From the human T2T-CHM13v2.0 reference genome, Homo sapiens: a stretch of 64,000 nt of DNA. The DNA lies in the NCBI RefSeq assembly GCF_009914755.1, contig NC_060926.1. One strand, written 5' to 3'. Within the stretch, counting starts at the first letter, position 1. The number at the start of each line of letters is the position of its first letter. Below, in pieces: positions 1 to 17,572 of this stretch. The position numbers and the translations under genes were made by a program. The notes below the pieces were generated by a model. The model was given only the letters and a program-made list of their open reading frames with translations, was not told the DNA's origin and did not search any database.

Positions 1-571
1 CAGGAAGACAGACAGGGTGACCTGAAAGTAGGTTTGACCTGTTGGTTTTTCTGCCATTCTGTGGGTGGCATCAGCTTCCTGCCAAGACTGGCACTGCATA
101 GGATGTCGGGTGTTTGCCAGCCCAGTTGAAGCTGTCTGCTTCCTTGCTCACCAACAGCAGAAAGGTGGGGGCTATTCCCCACATTCCAGGTGACAGAGAA
201 GGTTTACATGGGGACTCAGTCACACTTTCTGGGGACTGTACATTTCATAGCAGAATCCAGGTTATATTAAAGGAGTCCTGGCCGAAGGATGCCAGCACCC
301 CATAGAGATGGAGAGCCCCAGGGAGCTCAAGGGCTGAGGGGCTGAGGGGCTGAGTGACAGTGAGCACTGCCCACAGAGGGGGTGCCCTGCAGTCAGGAGG
401 GGTGGGAAACGGGTGCAGATCGGCAGCCAACAGAGGCCCACCCACATGAGTACAGGTGGAGTTGCTGGTGCGATGAAGAGTGTGCTGGTTGGGAGTGGAG
501 GGCTGGGGGCCGGTAGCCGGTTTGGGAAACCCAAGCTGAGCGAAAGGTGTGCCAAGGCCTGTGGTGGTGCC

Positions 572-1133
572 TGTTAACAGAAAAATCAAACTGTTAGATG
601 ATCTGAAAGAGGTATCTTCTGAGCCAATATGAGTGACCACGGTCTGGGGATCTCAAGAGGTCCTGAAAACGTGTGCTGGGGCCGTCGTTTTCTACATTTG
701 AGGGGACAGGAATTGGAGTAACATCATAAATTAATCCATGGAAGGTGTACATTGACTGGGCCTAACAAGGTGGGATATTGTGAAGCAGCAGGGGGCATTA
801 TAGATCACAGGTGGATTCAAAGATTTTCCGATTGGCAATTGGTTGAAAGAGTTCAGCTTTGTCTAAAGACCGTGAAGTTGGTACAAAAGAATGCTTCAGT
901 TCAGAGAGAGGGGTCTGCCTCTGCCACGTGATGCTGTCCCAGAGTCAGGTAGGAAAGTCAGCCACAGTATCCTGGGTCAATTTAAACCCCACTGAAGGAG
1001 ACTCTGTGGTTTCTAGGGTGTGTGTTAATTCTTGCCTTGCAAGGCCTTAAGTCTTGTTCATAATCTGTTACTGATTGTCACAGAGTCCATTCTGAATAAT
1101 CTAATGATGCCTATTTTAACATTCATGCCAGTC
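572..1133 (-). mobile_element. ERV1 LTR, MER4D/E-like (truncated)
   Basis: MER4-group motifs ttctgagccaatatgagtgacc and gattggcaattggttgaaagagtt. Confidence 0.65.
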
Positions 1134-1332
1134 AAGTGATTCTCCTGCCTCACCCTCCCAAGTAGCTGGGACTACAGGTACACGCCGCCATGCCCGGCTA
1201 ATTTTTGTATTTTTAGTAGATACAGGGTTTCACCATGTTTGTTAGGCTGGTCTCGAACTCCTGACCTCGTGATCTGCCTGCCTCGGCCTCCTAAAGTGCT
1301 GGGATTACAGGCAGGAGTCAGCACGCCAGGCC
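1131..1332 (-). mobile_element. AluS fragment lacking its 3' end and tail
   Basis: Starts abruptly at caagtgattctcctgcc and runs to the Alu 5' end. Confidence 0.9.
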
Positions 1333-2073
1333 CAGAGTTTTCTAAATGAGACTTGGTGTAGCCAGTGAGCTTCTGTTGCCTGCTGTGACATGGGTGCTAT
1401 TGTTCCCATTAAAAACTCAGACCTCTGCCTCGGGAGACAGGGCTCAGCTGCAGCCTACTCAACTAAAACATGAAGCGCTGCTTCGTGGGCACCACAGCGG
1501 CTCCTTAAACTTGCAATGGTGTGCAAATTTGTGGGCTCACTTTCTACATCCGATCTTCAAAGGTGTCTGCGATCCCAGAAGGTTGGGAACTATTAAATTT
1601 GATCATTTCTGAAATGTCTTCCAGTTTAAAAGTCTTCAGTTCCAGTTCATTTTCAATTCCTGAATAAAGGGATGAGTCTTGGAGCTTCTGGAAGCTGGCC
1701 TGGAACTGAGCACTTACTGCAGACAGTGCCTGAAGTGCAAACCCAAAGGTGCGTAGATCTGGGCTGCATGTGAAAGCTTTCATATTCAGGTCTTACTTTG
1801 CGACAGTGAGGGGTGACCAGGGAAGCCTATATGAGGGGCGGGGGCAAACCAAGGCAGCCTGGGAGCTGCCTTAACCACCTCTCACCTCACTTCCTCAGAG
1901 ATAAGGTTTTCTTGAAGGGAACGTGCAGATTTATACAAAATACTAACAAGCTGAGATTTTAATTTTTTAAGCAATAAGGAAAAACAGAACTTTTCACTCC
2001 AAAGACCCTGTGTTAGGCTCGGCAGAACTGGTGGCACATCTCAGGAGTCATGGGGCAATGCTCTCAGAAACAA

Positions 2074-2768
2074 TGTTAGGGAAAAAAAAAAAAAAAACGA
2101 AAAACAATGAAGAGGCTTAATTCTTCTTGTTAAAGGAAGAGGTATCCTCTGTCCCTTTTCTTAGAGCATTTTGTTTGGAAAACTTGTCATTTTAAATCCT
2201 TCCTCTGCCCCTTTGAGGGGCATGCAAAGCTTTTTGACAGCTAAATAAGCCTCTTGCCAGCTTTGCAACCCAGGACTGTGTTCCTGAAGGACCTGGGATC
2301 CCAATCTTTGAAACGTTATCATCAGAGCAGCCAGGTCCCTATCTCCCAGTCTCCATGGGAGGGCAGGAACCTAACTTTTGCCCTGTGTGATAAATCTACC
2401 TCCTATCATAAAGATAAGGGTTGTTTTTCCTTTGTATGAAGTCAAATAGCAGACGCAGGTTGTCGAGTGAATTGAGGTTGAATCTCTGTAAACTCGGTGT
2501 GACCAAAAGTGCTGTGCAGGCCCCCTGACCTGAGGACTAGGCATGGCTTCTCTTGAGAACGTGTGCAATGGTTTGGACCCACTGGCTAGATTAGCGGTGA
2601 GATTTCTGTCTGTCTTTGCAGCTTCTTAGCGGATCATTGCCCGTGATGCGCATCTCACTCTGGGTTAATCCTTTTTCAAGGATAAAAGTGTTTTTCTTTC
2701 TCTTCTTCCTCTGCAGAGAGGCTTGCTGGGATGGGAGAAGATTTTATTTGTAATTCCATTTCTCCACG
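2074..2768 (+). mobile_element. ERV1 LTR, MER34-like; its paralog (16450-16528 plus 22688-23296) is split by the L1
   Basis: Motif caacccaggactgtgttcctgaaggacctggga...ccctatctcccagtc. Confidence 0.55.
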
Positions 2769-5147
2769 ACCAGAGGATGGGCTCTGGGGGTCAGGCAGCT
2801 GGGAAGGAGTTTAGAACCCATGCCTAGGCCTTCCCCAAGGCTCATGCACTCAGTTCCCTCAGTTCAGCAGTAGCAGAAACACTATCTGGAAGACCCCATA
2901 CTGTCTGGAAAGAGGAACTCATTTTCTTTCATTGCTGACACTCCTGGATGACTGTGTGTGGCGGTTACCCATACCCTAGTCCCACCCTGTGCCCCCTCTC
3001 CACCTCAGGGGGCCCCAAGAGCCCTGGCCCTGCTAGTCCAGAGCACCCCCAAGGGAGACTGGGGTTGGGGGTCCCACCAGGGTGCCAGGTGTTGGTCAAG
3101 GTGAATGTGAACTAGGAGGAAGGAGATGGAGCCCTCTCCTGGGAACCGGACAGGGACAGGGATGGGGTGGGGGTGCCCAGGAAGCCATGGCTCTGGGCTG
3201 GGGCCGCCAACCTGCCCAGGCAACTGGGGCTGACTCCTTGAAGTTGCATTTCTGACTCCCCCTCCCACGTGCAGGCTCTTGGCCCACTGGAGGCCCACTG
3301 GAGGCCACAGTGGCAGGTTCACTGTGGGCGGGGGTGGGGGGGATGGGGTGCCCTGGGGAGCTGGGGGTTCCTGTGGAGCAGGGGTATGGGTCCCACCCTG
3401 GCCACCCCGTCTGCCCAGGCTCCACATGTGCCCCCTGGTCCCCCTGGAAAGACCCTTCTCTGTCCCGCTGGTGCACCCCTCCCCCAACTGGGCCTCCACC
3501 AAGAAGAAGGGCCCGAGTTCTGCCGAGGCGTCCCTCTGAGTGACCACCCACACCTGAAGCCATCAGTCAGGTCCCTGCACAGGAGCCACCCCTGAGCCTG
3601 TGCTCCCCCACCCCTGGCTGGCTGCATCTGGGCTCCAGATACGTGTCCCCCACCCAGACCCCATTGCTGGGTTAGGCCCTTCTTGCCACCCCTCAGCTCT
3701 TCTCCCTAGGGAACAGCATCATTGCCAACTTCTCATATCCTGTCATTGTCCACCAGGAGAGCTGGGGCGGGGGACCCCGCTTGTGCATAACTGGCCTCAG
3801 GCAGCCGACCTGGGGCTCCACAGCTCTTGCTGCCGCTGGAAGTTGGGCCAAGGCTGGTGGCACACACAGGTGTGTTCCTGCTGTTGGGATCACCAGACAA
3901 GTCTGCTTCGCCTTGGGCCGATCTTTTGCCCCGGACCACTCAGCCCTAGGTACTTTAGGCCAATCTGCTGATCAAGGCCATAAGTGCCTCATAACCAATC
4001 AGCAGGGTACCTTCCCGGCAGCCTCAAGGGTGACTAGGTTTCTACCACACCCTGATCCCAGGCCTTCCTCTCAGCCAGTCCTACCCAGAACACCCTATTT
4101 CACAGTGCACTTCACCCCTAGCCTACCTGGCCATTCCCTATCCCCATAGCTGGCTCTAAGTTTTCTTATCCCCTCTAACCTGCTCTAAATGCTAAGGATA
4201 TGCATCTGTTGTTGATTTGTATTTAGTAGGCTCTGCAAGCAGGGATCTTTGGCTCTTCGGTTCACTCATGTATGTTAAGTGCCCAGAACAAGCCTGACAG
4301 ATATTAGGCGCTCGGTAAGTGCGTGTTGAGTGAGTAAACAACAGACAGCCAGTTTGGGTATTCCCAGTAGGGCAGGAACAGAGAAGAGACACGTTTTATT
4401 GGGAAGCTAACAAATCTTAGGCTTCAAAGTTCCTCTTTCCCCTGCACCAGCACCTTACAAAAAAAAAAAAAACCTACTGTGGTTTTATAATTTATATTTT
4501 GCAAACAGGCTCTGAAATGTATTTACCTCAGGCTCCAAAAAACCTGGATCTTCCTTGAGGGCAGTGCTGCCTACTGGATGAAATACAGATTTTAGAGTCA
4601 GAGTTGGGTTCAAATCCTAGCTCTGCCTCCTGCAGGTGTCTTAACCTCTCTGACCCCCCTCTCCTAATTTGTGCAAGGGAATAATATCCCCACATGTGTA
4701 AGACTCAACAGGGTGGGAAGGGCACATTTGTATCTAACCTGAATATTAATATATGCATTCCACAGTTTCTTTTGTATGTATCCATTATAACATAATTTTA
4801 AAAACTGATGACACGATCTGGTTTTCAAAACCTTTCTTTATTATTTGTGGAATAAAGTTCATGGTACAAATATCAACAGAGTCGAAGGCTTCTGTGATGG
4901 GTCAAGTGAGATGGGGCCTGGGAAGTGACTGATATTGACCACAGGATGCAGCAACATGGGGATGACTGATGACCTTGACAGGAGCAGCGTTGGTTCAGTG
5001 GTCCCCAAAGACCTCCTGACAGGGGAAGGTTTCACAGGAGAGGAACTGGAGCTGAGTGCAGAGGACACCATGGAGCAGTTTTGCCACAGAGTGAAACAGG
5101 GAGATGCCTGGCAGCTGCAGAGGAGGGTGCAGTCAAAAAGGTTTGTT

Positions 5148-6006
<859 letters not shown>

Positions 6007-6887
6007 AAGGTTTTGCTTCCTGGGATGTAGGTGAAATAATTGTTTGCTGAAGAGATCCAGAGGCAAGCCAAATAGTGACGGTATAGGGGTGGGGATACCT
6101 TTGGGACGGTGCTCTTGACTGGTTGGGAGGGGCTGGCCCGTATGAGACAGTCAAGCAAAAGGGGCAGGCAGGAATGTGAACAGGGACTGACAGTGTGTTA
6201 TGTGCTGGGCTTGGCAGAAGTTCTCTCCATTGCCTCTTCTGTTGTGTCTTGGTTTTTAACAATGAACTAGGAAAGGATATTATCAACTAAGAGTGAGGGT
6301 CAGAGAAGAGGCATTGTTCTTTGAGGGGGAGAGAAATGATAAGCCGTTGTCCAGTAGTTGCCTCTTCTGTTCAGTAAGGACAGAATCTGACAGGGTGGAG
6401 CTGGGGGAGAAGAAGAAAGCCAATGAGGAGCCAGTTCTGTGATGAAACTTACAGGCTTCCAGGCTCAGTATCACCCTACGGCATCTGAACTCCATCCTTA
6501 TCTATTACCCAGGATTCTTCTATACCCCATAGAAAGCACCCCTTGCACTCGGACACGCACAGGAAGGCAGTTGCTAATTGGAGGGAAGACTCACCCACAC
6601 TGTCCCCGGGCCCCACTCCAAAGATGGCCAGTGCAGCTCTCTCACCTCCATTACCTCCGAATGGTGCTCTCACTCACAGCCCAGAAGAGCAGGCTGACCT
6701 CCACATGGAGCTACCTCATTTCCACTCCTCACTGCTGGCTGCTGCCTCCACGGACCCTCTAAAACCACCCCTGGTAAGATCATCAGGGGCCTCCTAACTG
6801 CCAAGTACCAGGAATGCTTTATAGTCCTCAAACATGCTGAATGCTGAGGGAGTTCCTCCATTCATACAGCTGCTTGCAGTACCTGGG

Positions 6888-7249
6888 TGCTATGGACTGA
6901 ATATGTCCCCCCAGAACTCCTATGTTGAAACCTCATCCCCAAGGTGATGGTATTCAGAGGTGGGGTCTTGGGAGGTGATTAGGTCGTGAGGATGAAGTCT
7001 TCACATATGGGATCAGTGCCCTTACAGAAAGGCCCAAGGGAGCTTGTTTGCCCCTTCTGCCATGTGAGGATACACAGAAGGTACCATCTATGAGGAACAG
7101 GTCCTCACCAGACATAAATCTACTGGCACTTTAATCTTGGATTCCCAGCCTCCAGAGCTGTGAGAAATAAATTTCTGTTTACAAGCTAAATGTAAAGTGT
7201 TGACCAGTTTATGGTAATTGTGTTACAGCAGCCCGAATGGACTAAGGCA
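6888..7249 (+). mobile_element. MaLR LTR (MLT1A-like)
   Basis: tgctatggactgaat...cagcagcccgaatggactaaggca. Confidence 0.8.
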
Positions 7250-7852
7250 CTGGAGTCAGTCCAAGAGCTTAGATGTAAGGGAAATAAGATCAGAGCAGAG
7301 AGGTGCAAGAGACTGGCTCCTAGCAGAGCAACTAAGAGTCAGGCAAATAATGTCAACTGAGGAGGTTTCTGGGTCCAGCAGCCACCCAACTGCTGTAACA
7401 CATGGCTCTTCATTTCATACCCCCTTCTCTCCTGGTCTATCTTTCCCTCTTTGATGGTTCTTTTTCAAGCTTTCATTTTGAGTGTTCCTCAAATGGAAGC
7501 TTTCCTCAAAACAGAAAAGTTCATGTTTCCTTCCTAATAGTTAATAGGAAAAAAATGCCAAATGGATAGAATGGACTCTGGATAAGAATGGAGAATTTTT
7601 AAAGAAGAAGCAAATATGGTTTATGAATATATTTTAAAAGTGTACAAAAAAGAATATACAAAAAACTCACTAGAAATCAAATAAAAATCAAAATACTATC
7701 TAGGTTTTACCTATCATTATGGTAAAGAATTAAAAGAATGGTATGAGCTAATGTAGGACAAGCACAAAGAAATGTGCAGACACACACACTTTTGATGGAA
7801 CACTGAAATGGGAGATCCTTGCTGGAGAATCATTACACAGCATGTCAAAATC

Positions 7853-12842
<4,990 letters not shown>

Positions 12843-13044
12843 CACATTTCTTGGGGAAATCTCTAAGTCTGGGAGACAGAGCTAGGCCTCCCTGCACGCC
12901 TTTACGCCAGGCCTGGGGAAGAGAGAGGAAACCATCTGAGTGCCTGCATGGCTTCCAGCCTTGCAGGAACAGGGAGACCTGCTTAAGGGTGTGTCTTTCC
13001 GCGTTTGCCCATGAGGAAGCAGGCCTCTGCCACTGGGAGAAGGT

Positions 13045-13217
13045 AGCATCAGAAAGACCTGCATTGGAATCTGGCTCCATGCCTTTCTAGCTGTGTGACC
13101 TTGGGCATGTCACTTAACCTCTCTGAGCCTCCACTTCTTCATCTATAGAACAGGGGAGAAGAAAACCTGCCTTCTAGAGTTGTTTTGAAGATTGAATGAA
13201 ATAACTTTTATAAAGCC
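13045..13217 (+). mobile_element. MIR fragment
   Basis: MIR core gctgtgtgaccttgggcatgtcacttaacctctctgagcctc. Confidence 0.75.
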
Positions 13218-14601
13218 TTGATAGATGAACTACCCACCCCTCCTCCCTCTGTTCCCTTTTCCTGGCTCTCTCAGCTTCTTGGTGCATTGAGGGGGCACCT
13301 ACCGCAGGCAGGCCACATATCCAACACTTTAGTCCTTCTCCAGGGACCATACATCACAGAAATCCTGTGTCCAAGCACAAGTTTCAGCAAAGACTCCTTC
13401 CCCCTTGATAACAAGTGTTTAGGTTGCTGACGGGGCATAAGAGCCAAGCACAAAAAACAGCCCAGCCTCCAGATCCCAAGGAAGGTGCATGCTCAGAGCA
13501 CTGTCCTTCCACCCAGTCCCCTCACCTGTCACCACAAGAGCCTTGAGCGTCCATGGAGCTTCAGCTCTCAGCCACTCATTGGCATCCAGGAGATAGTGTC
13601 CAGGGCCCGTCCATCTCTGGAAAGCAGGCTGGCTGCCCCCTCATTGCTTGGCTCCTTAATTTTTGATAATCATAAACCCTAGGGTCAAAGAGCTGGGCTG
13701 TAACACAATAGGGAGTGCATTCCCCAGTGTATTCCCCTGTGTGGTCACAGGGAATGAGCCTGGAGCAAGGGAGCCCAGCAGGCTGAGAATCTGCAGTGTG
13801 CTGGGCCTGGGCTTGGCATGAAGGCACGAGATGTCGGAGGCGTGGCTGCCACCCAGGAGGACACACCTGATGGGGCTCCAGGAACAGGACAATGGTGGAG
13901 ACGTCACATCCAGAATAACTTTGTTAGGAGACTGAACTTGACAGTCAGGAGTTTTACATTGCAGGTATCAAAAAGCCACCTAAAATTGCCTTAAGTAATA
14001 GAGGTGATCTAATGGCTCAAAAAACCACCAACTCTAGGAAGACAGACAGGGTGACCTGAAAGTGGGTTTCACCTGGTGTTTTTCTGCCATTCTGTGCATG
14101 GTGTCAGCTTCCTCCCAAGACTGGCACTGCATAGGACATCGGGTGTTTGCCAACCCAGTTGAAGCTCTCTGCTTCCTTGCTCACCACCAGCAGAAAGGTG
14201 AGGGCTATGCCCTGCATTCCAGGTGACAGGGAAGGTTTACATCGGGACTCAGTCACACTTTCTGGGTACTGTACATTTCATAGCAGGAGCCAGGTTATAC
14301 TAAAGGAGTCCTGGCCTGAGGATACCAGCACCCTATAGAGATGGAGAACCCCAGGCAGCTCAGGGGCTGAGGGGCTGAGTGACAGTGAGCACTGCCCACA
14401 GAGGGGGCACTCTGAAGTCAGGAGGGGTGGGAAACAGGTGCAGATCGGCAGCCGGCAGAGGCCCACCCAGGTGAGCACAGGTGGACCTGATGGTGGATGG
14501 AGACAAAGAGTGTGCTGGTTGGGAGGAGAAGGCGGGGACCTGTAGCTGGTCTGGGAATTCCCAAGCTGAGCAAACGGTATGTCAAGGCCTGTGGTTGGGC
14601 T

Positions 14602-15275
14602 TGTTAACATAAACACCACACTCTTAAATGATCTGTAAGAGGTATCTTCTGAGCCAATATGAGTGACCATGGCCTGGGGATCTCAAGAGGTCCTGAAAAC
14701 GTGTGCCGGGGCCGTCGTTTTCTACATTTGAGGGGACAGGAATTGGAGTAACATCATAAATCAATCCATGGAAGGTGTACATTGACTCGGCCTAACAAGG
14801 TGGGATATCTTGAAGTCAGGGGTGTTATAGGTCATAGGTGGATTCAAAGATTTTCCGATTGGCAATTGGTTGAGAGTTCAGCTTTGTCTAAAGACGTGAA
14901 GTTGGTACAAAGGAATGCTTCAGTTCAGAGAGAGGGTCTGCCTCTGCCACGTGATGCTGTCCCAGAGTCAGGTAGGAAAGTCAGCCACAGTATCCTCAGT
15001 GATTTTACAACCCATTGAAGGAGACTCTGTGGTTTCTAGGTGTGTGTTAATTCTTGCCTTGCATGGCCTCAGGTCTTGTTCATAATCTGTAACTGATTGT
15101 CCAGAGTCCAGTCTGAATAATCTAACTATGCCTATTTTATACTCCAAAGGTGCAGGGCTTTCATGAGGTGTCTCTGACCTCCCCTTCCACCATGGCCAGG
15201 AATTCATTTTCAAGTTTCCCTGGGGTCCCCTTGACTAAGAGGGGGCCTGTTCCATTGGTTGGGGTCTCAGGATTG
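14602..15275 (-). mobile_element. ERV1 LTR, MER4D/E-like (duplicated copy)
   Basis: Paralog of 572-1133 that also retains the U3-side ggggtccccttgactaagaggggg segment. Confidence 0.65.
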
Positions 15276-16621
15276 CAGGCCTTAGGGCAGCCTCACAGCA
15301 TGGTGCAGGGCGCTTGGTTGGGTTTTCCTGAACCCTGAACCCCATGGCTCATAGGATAAGGGAACTGTGGGCCACCCGGATTCTGCTGAGATTCCTTTCC
15401 CCAGGTGCAGATGCGGGTTTGGCCTTGGCCCTTTCTGTTCCTTTCAGAAGCCCACGGAGTGGAGGACAGAACGGTTTGGGGTCAGGGACAGAGGCTCCTG
15501 TCACTGAGACTGCCCTCAGTGGGACAGAGGGAAGAGACTATTGATGCAGTTCGTCTGCCTCTCTGCAACACTGATGTGTAGGCCCAGCAATTAAAGTCCA
15601 CTCCTGGCAGCCAGCCTTGAACATAGAACTGATCGGCCACACAGAAAACCTGAAACAAAGCCTCTAAAATGCAGCCTCTCAAAAACGCTCACAGGAGTTT
15701 TCTTAATCAGACTTAGCGTAGCCAGTGAGCTTCTGTTGCCTGCGGTGACGTGGGTGCTATTGTTCCCACTAAAAGCCCAGACCTCTGCCTCGGGAGACAG
15801 GGCTCAGCTGCAGCCTCCTCAACTAAAACATGAAGGGCTGCTTCGTGGGCACCAAAGCGGCTCCTTAAACTCGCAATGGTGTGCAAATTTATGGGCTCAC
15901 TTTCTACATCAGATCTTCAAAGGTCTCTGTGATTCCAAAAGCTTGGGAACTATTAAATTTGATCATTTCTGAAATGTCTTCCAGTTTAAAAGTCTTCAGT
16001 TCCAGTTCATTTTCAATTCCTGAATAAAGGGATGAGTCTTGGAGCTTCTGGAAGCTGGCCTGGAACTGAGCACTTGCTGCAGACAATGCCTGAAGTGCAA
16101 ACCCAAAGGTGCGTGGATCTGGGCTGCATGTGAAAGCTTTCATATTCAGGTCTTACTTTGCGACAGTGAGGGGTGACCAGGGAAGCCTATATGAGGGGCA
16201 GGGGCAAACCAGCAGCCCAGCCTGGGGAGGTGCCTTAACCACATCTCACCTCACTTCCTCGAGCTAAAGTTTTCTTTAAGGGAAATGCAGGTTTATGCAA
16301 AATACTAAGCAAGCTGAGTGGCTGGTTTTTTTTTTTTTTTTTTTAAAGCAATAAGGAAAAAACAGAAATTTTCACACCAAAGACCCTGTGTTGGGCTCGG
16401 AAGAACTGGTGGCTTAACTGAGGAGTCACGGAACACTGCTCTCGGAAACTGTTAGGGCAATTGAAAAAAAAAAAAAAAGAATAAAGACAATGAAGAGGCT
16501 TAATTCTCCCTGTTAAAAACAAGGGAAGCGGAGGGCAGCCAAGATGGCCGAATAGGAACAGCTCTGGTCTACAGCTCCCAGCGTGAGTGACGCAGAAGAC
16601 GGGTGATTTCTGCATTTCCAT

Positions 16622-16981
16622 CTAAGGTACCAGGTTCATCTCACTAGGGAGTGCCAGACAGTGGGCACAGGACAGTGGGTGCAGTGCACTGTGCATGAGC
16701 TGAAGCAGGGTGACGCATTGCCTCACTCGGGAAGCGCAAGGGATCAGGGAGTTCCCTTTCCTAGTCAAAGAAAGGGGTGACAGACAGCACCTGGAAAATC
16801 GGGTCACTCCCACCCTAATACTGCGCTTTTCCGATGGGCTTAAAAAACGGCGCACCAGGAGATTATATCCCGCACCTGGCTCGGAGGGTCCTACGCCCAC
16901 GGAGTCTCGCTGATTGCTAGCACAGCAGTCTGAGATCAAACTGCAAGGTGGCAGCGAGGCTGGGGGAGGGGTGCCCACCAT
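16622..16981 (-). CDS. L1 ORF0 (antisense 5' UTR ORF), open 119-aa form; expression unknown
   Basis: MVGTPPPASLPPCSLISDCCASNQRDSVGVGPSEPG matches the ORF0 N-terminus; ATG context is GGCAATGG. Confidence 0.6.
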   Translation of the reverse strand: MVGTPPPASLPPCSLISDCCASNQRDSVGVGPSEPGAGYNLLVRRFLSPSEKRSIRVGVTRFSRCCLSPLSLTRKGNSLIPCASRVRQCVTLLQLMHSALHPLSCAHCLALPSEMNLVP

Positions 16982-17572
16982 TGCCCAGGCTTGCTTAGGT
17001 AAACAAAGCAGCCGGGAAGCTCAAACTGGGTGGAGCCCACCACAGCTCAAGGAGGCCTGCCTGCTTCTGTAGGCTCCACCTCTGGGGGCAGGGCACAGAC
17101 AAACAAAAAGACAGCAGTAACCTCTGCAGACTTAAATGTCCCTGTCTGACAGCTTTGAAGAGAGCAGGGGTTCTCCCAGCACGCAGCTGGAGATCTGAGA
17201 ACGGGCAGACTGCCTCCTCAAGTGGGTCGGGTCCCTGACCCCTGACCCCCGAGCAGCCTAACTGGGAGGCACCCCCCAGTAGGGGGTACTGACTGACACC
17301 TCACATGGCCGGGTACTCCTCTGAGACAAAACTTACAGAGGAACGATCAGACAGCAGCATTTGTGGTTCACGAAAATCCGCTATTCTGCAGCCACTGCTG
17401 CTGATACCCAGGGAAACAGGGTCTGGAGTGGACCTCTAGCAAACTCCAACAGACCTGCAGCTGAAGGTCCTGTCTGTTAGAAGGAAAACTAACAAACAGA
17501 AAGGACAACCACACCAAAAACCCATCTGTACATCACCATCATCAAAGACCAAAAGTAGATAAAACCACAAAG

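Larger units (their letters stand above)
1..3600 (+). repeat. Local segmental duplication, copy 1 (continues left of the window)
   Basis: Collinear with 14036-16528 plus 22688-24118, e.g. ggaagacagacagggtgacctgaaag at 3 and 14037; near-identical ORFs at 1544-1783 and 15904-16143. Confidence 0.95.

Noticed and set aside
1544-1783. 79-aa ORF conserved in both duplicate copies
   Set aside because: The conservation simply reflects near-identical DNA; there is no homology, exon structure or codon signal.
3005-3971. Cluster of overlapping 100-180 aa ORFs on both strands
   Set aside because: GC-rich sequence with no recognisable domain; the frames are not conserved in the paralog at 23400-24118.
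12843-14035. NAT8/NAT8B coding sequence
   Set aside because: No NAT8-like acetyltransferase peptide appears in any frame of the ORF track.
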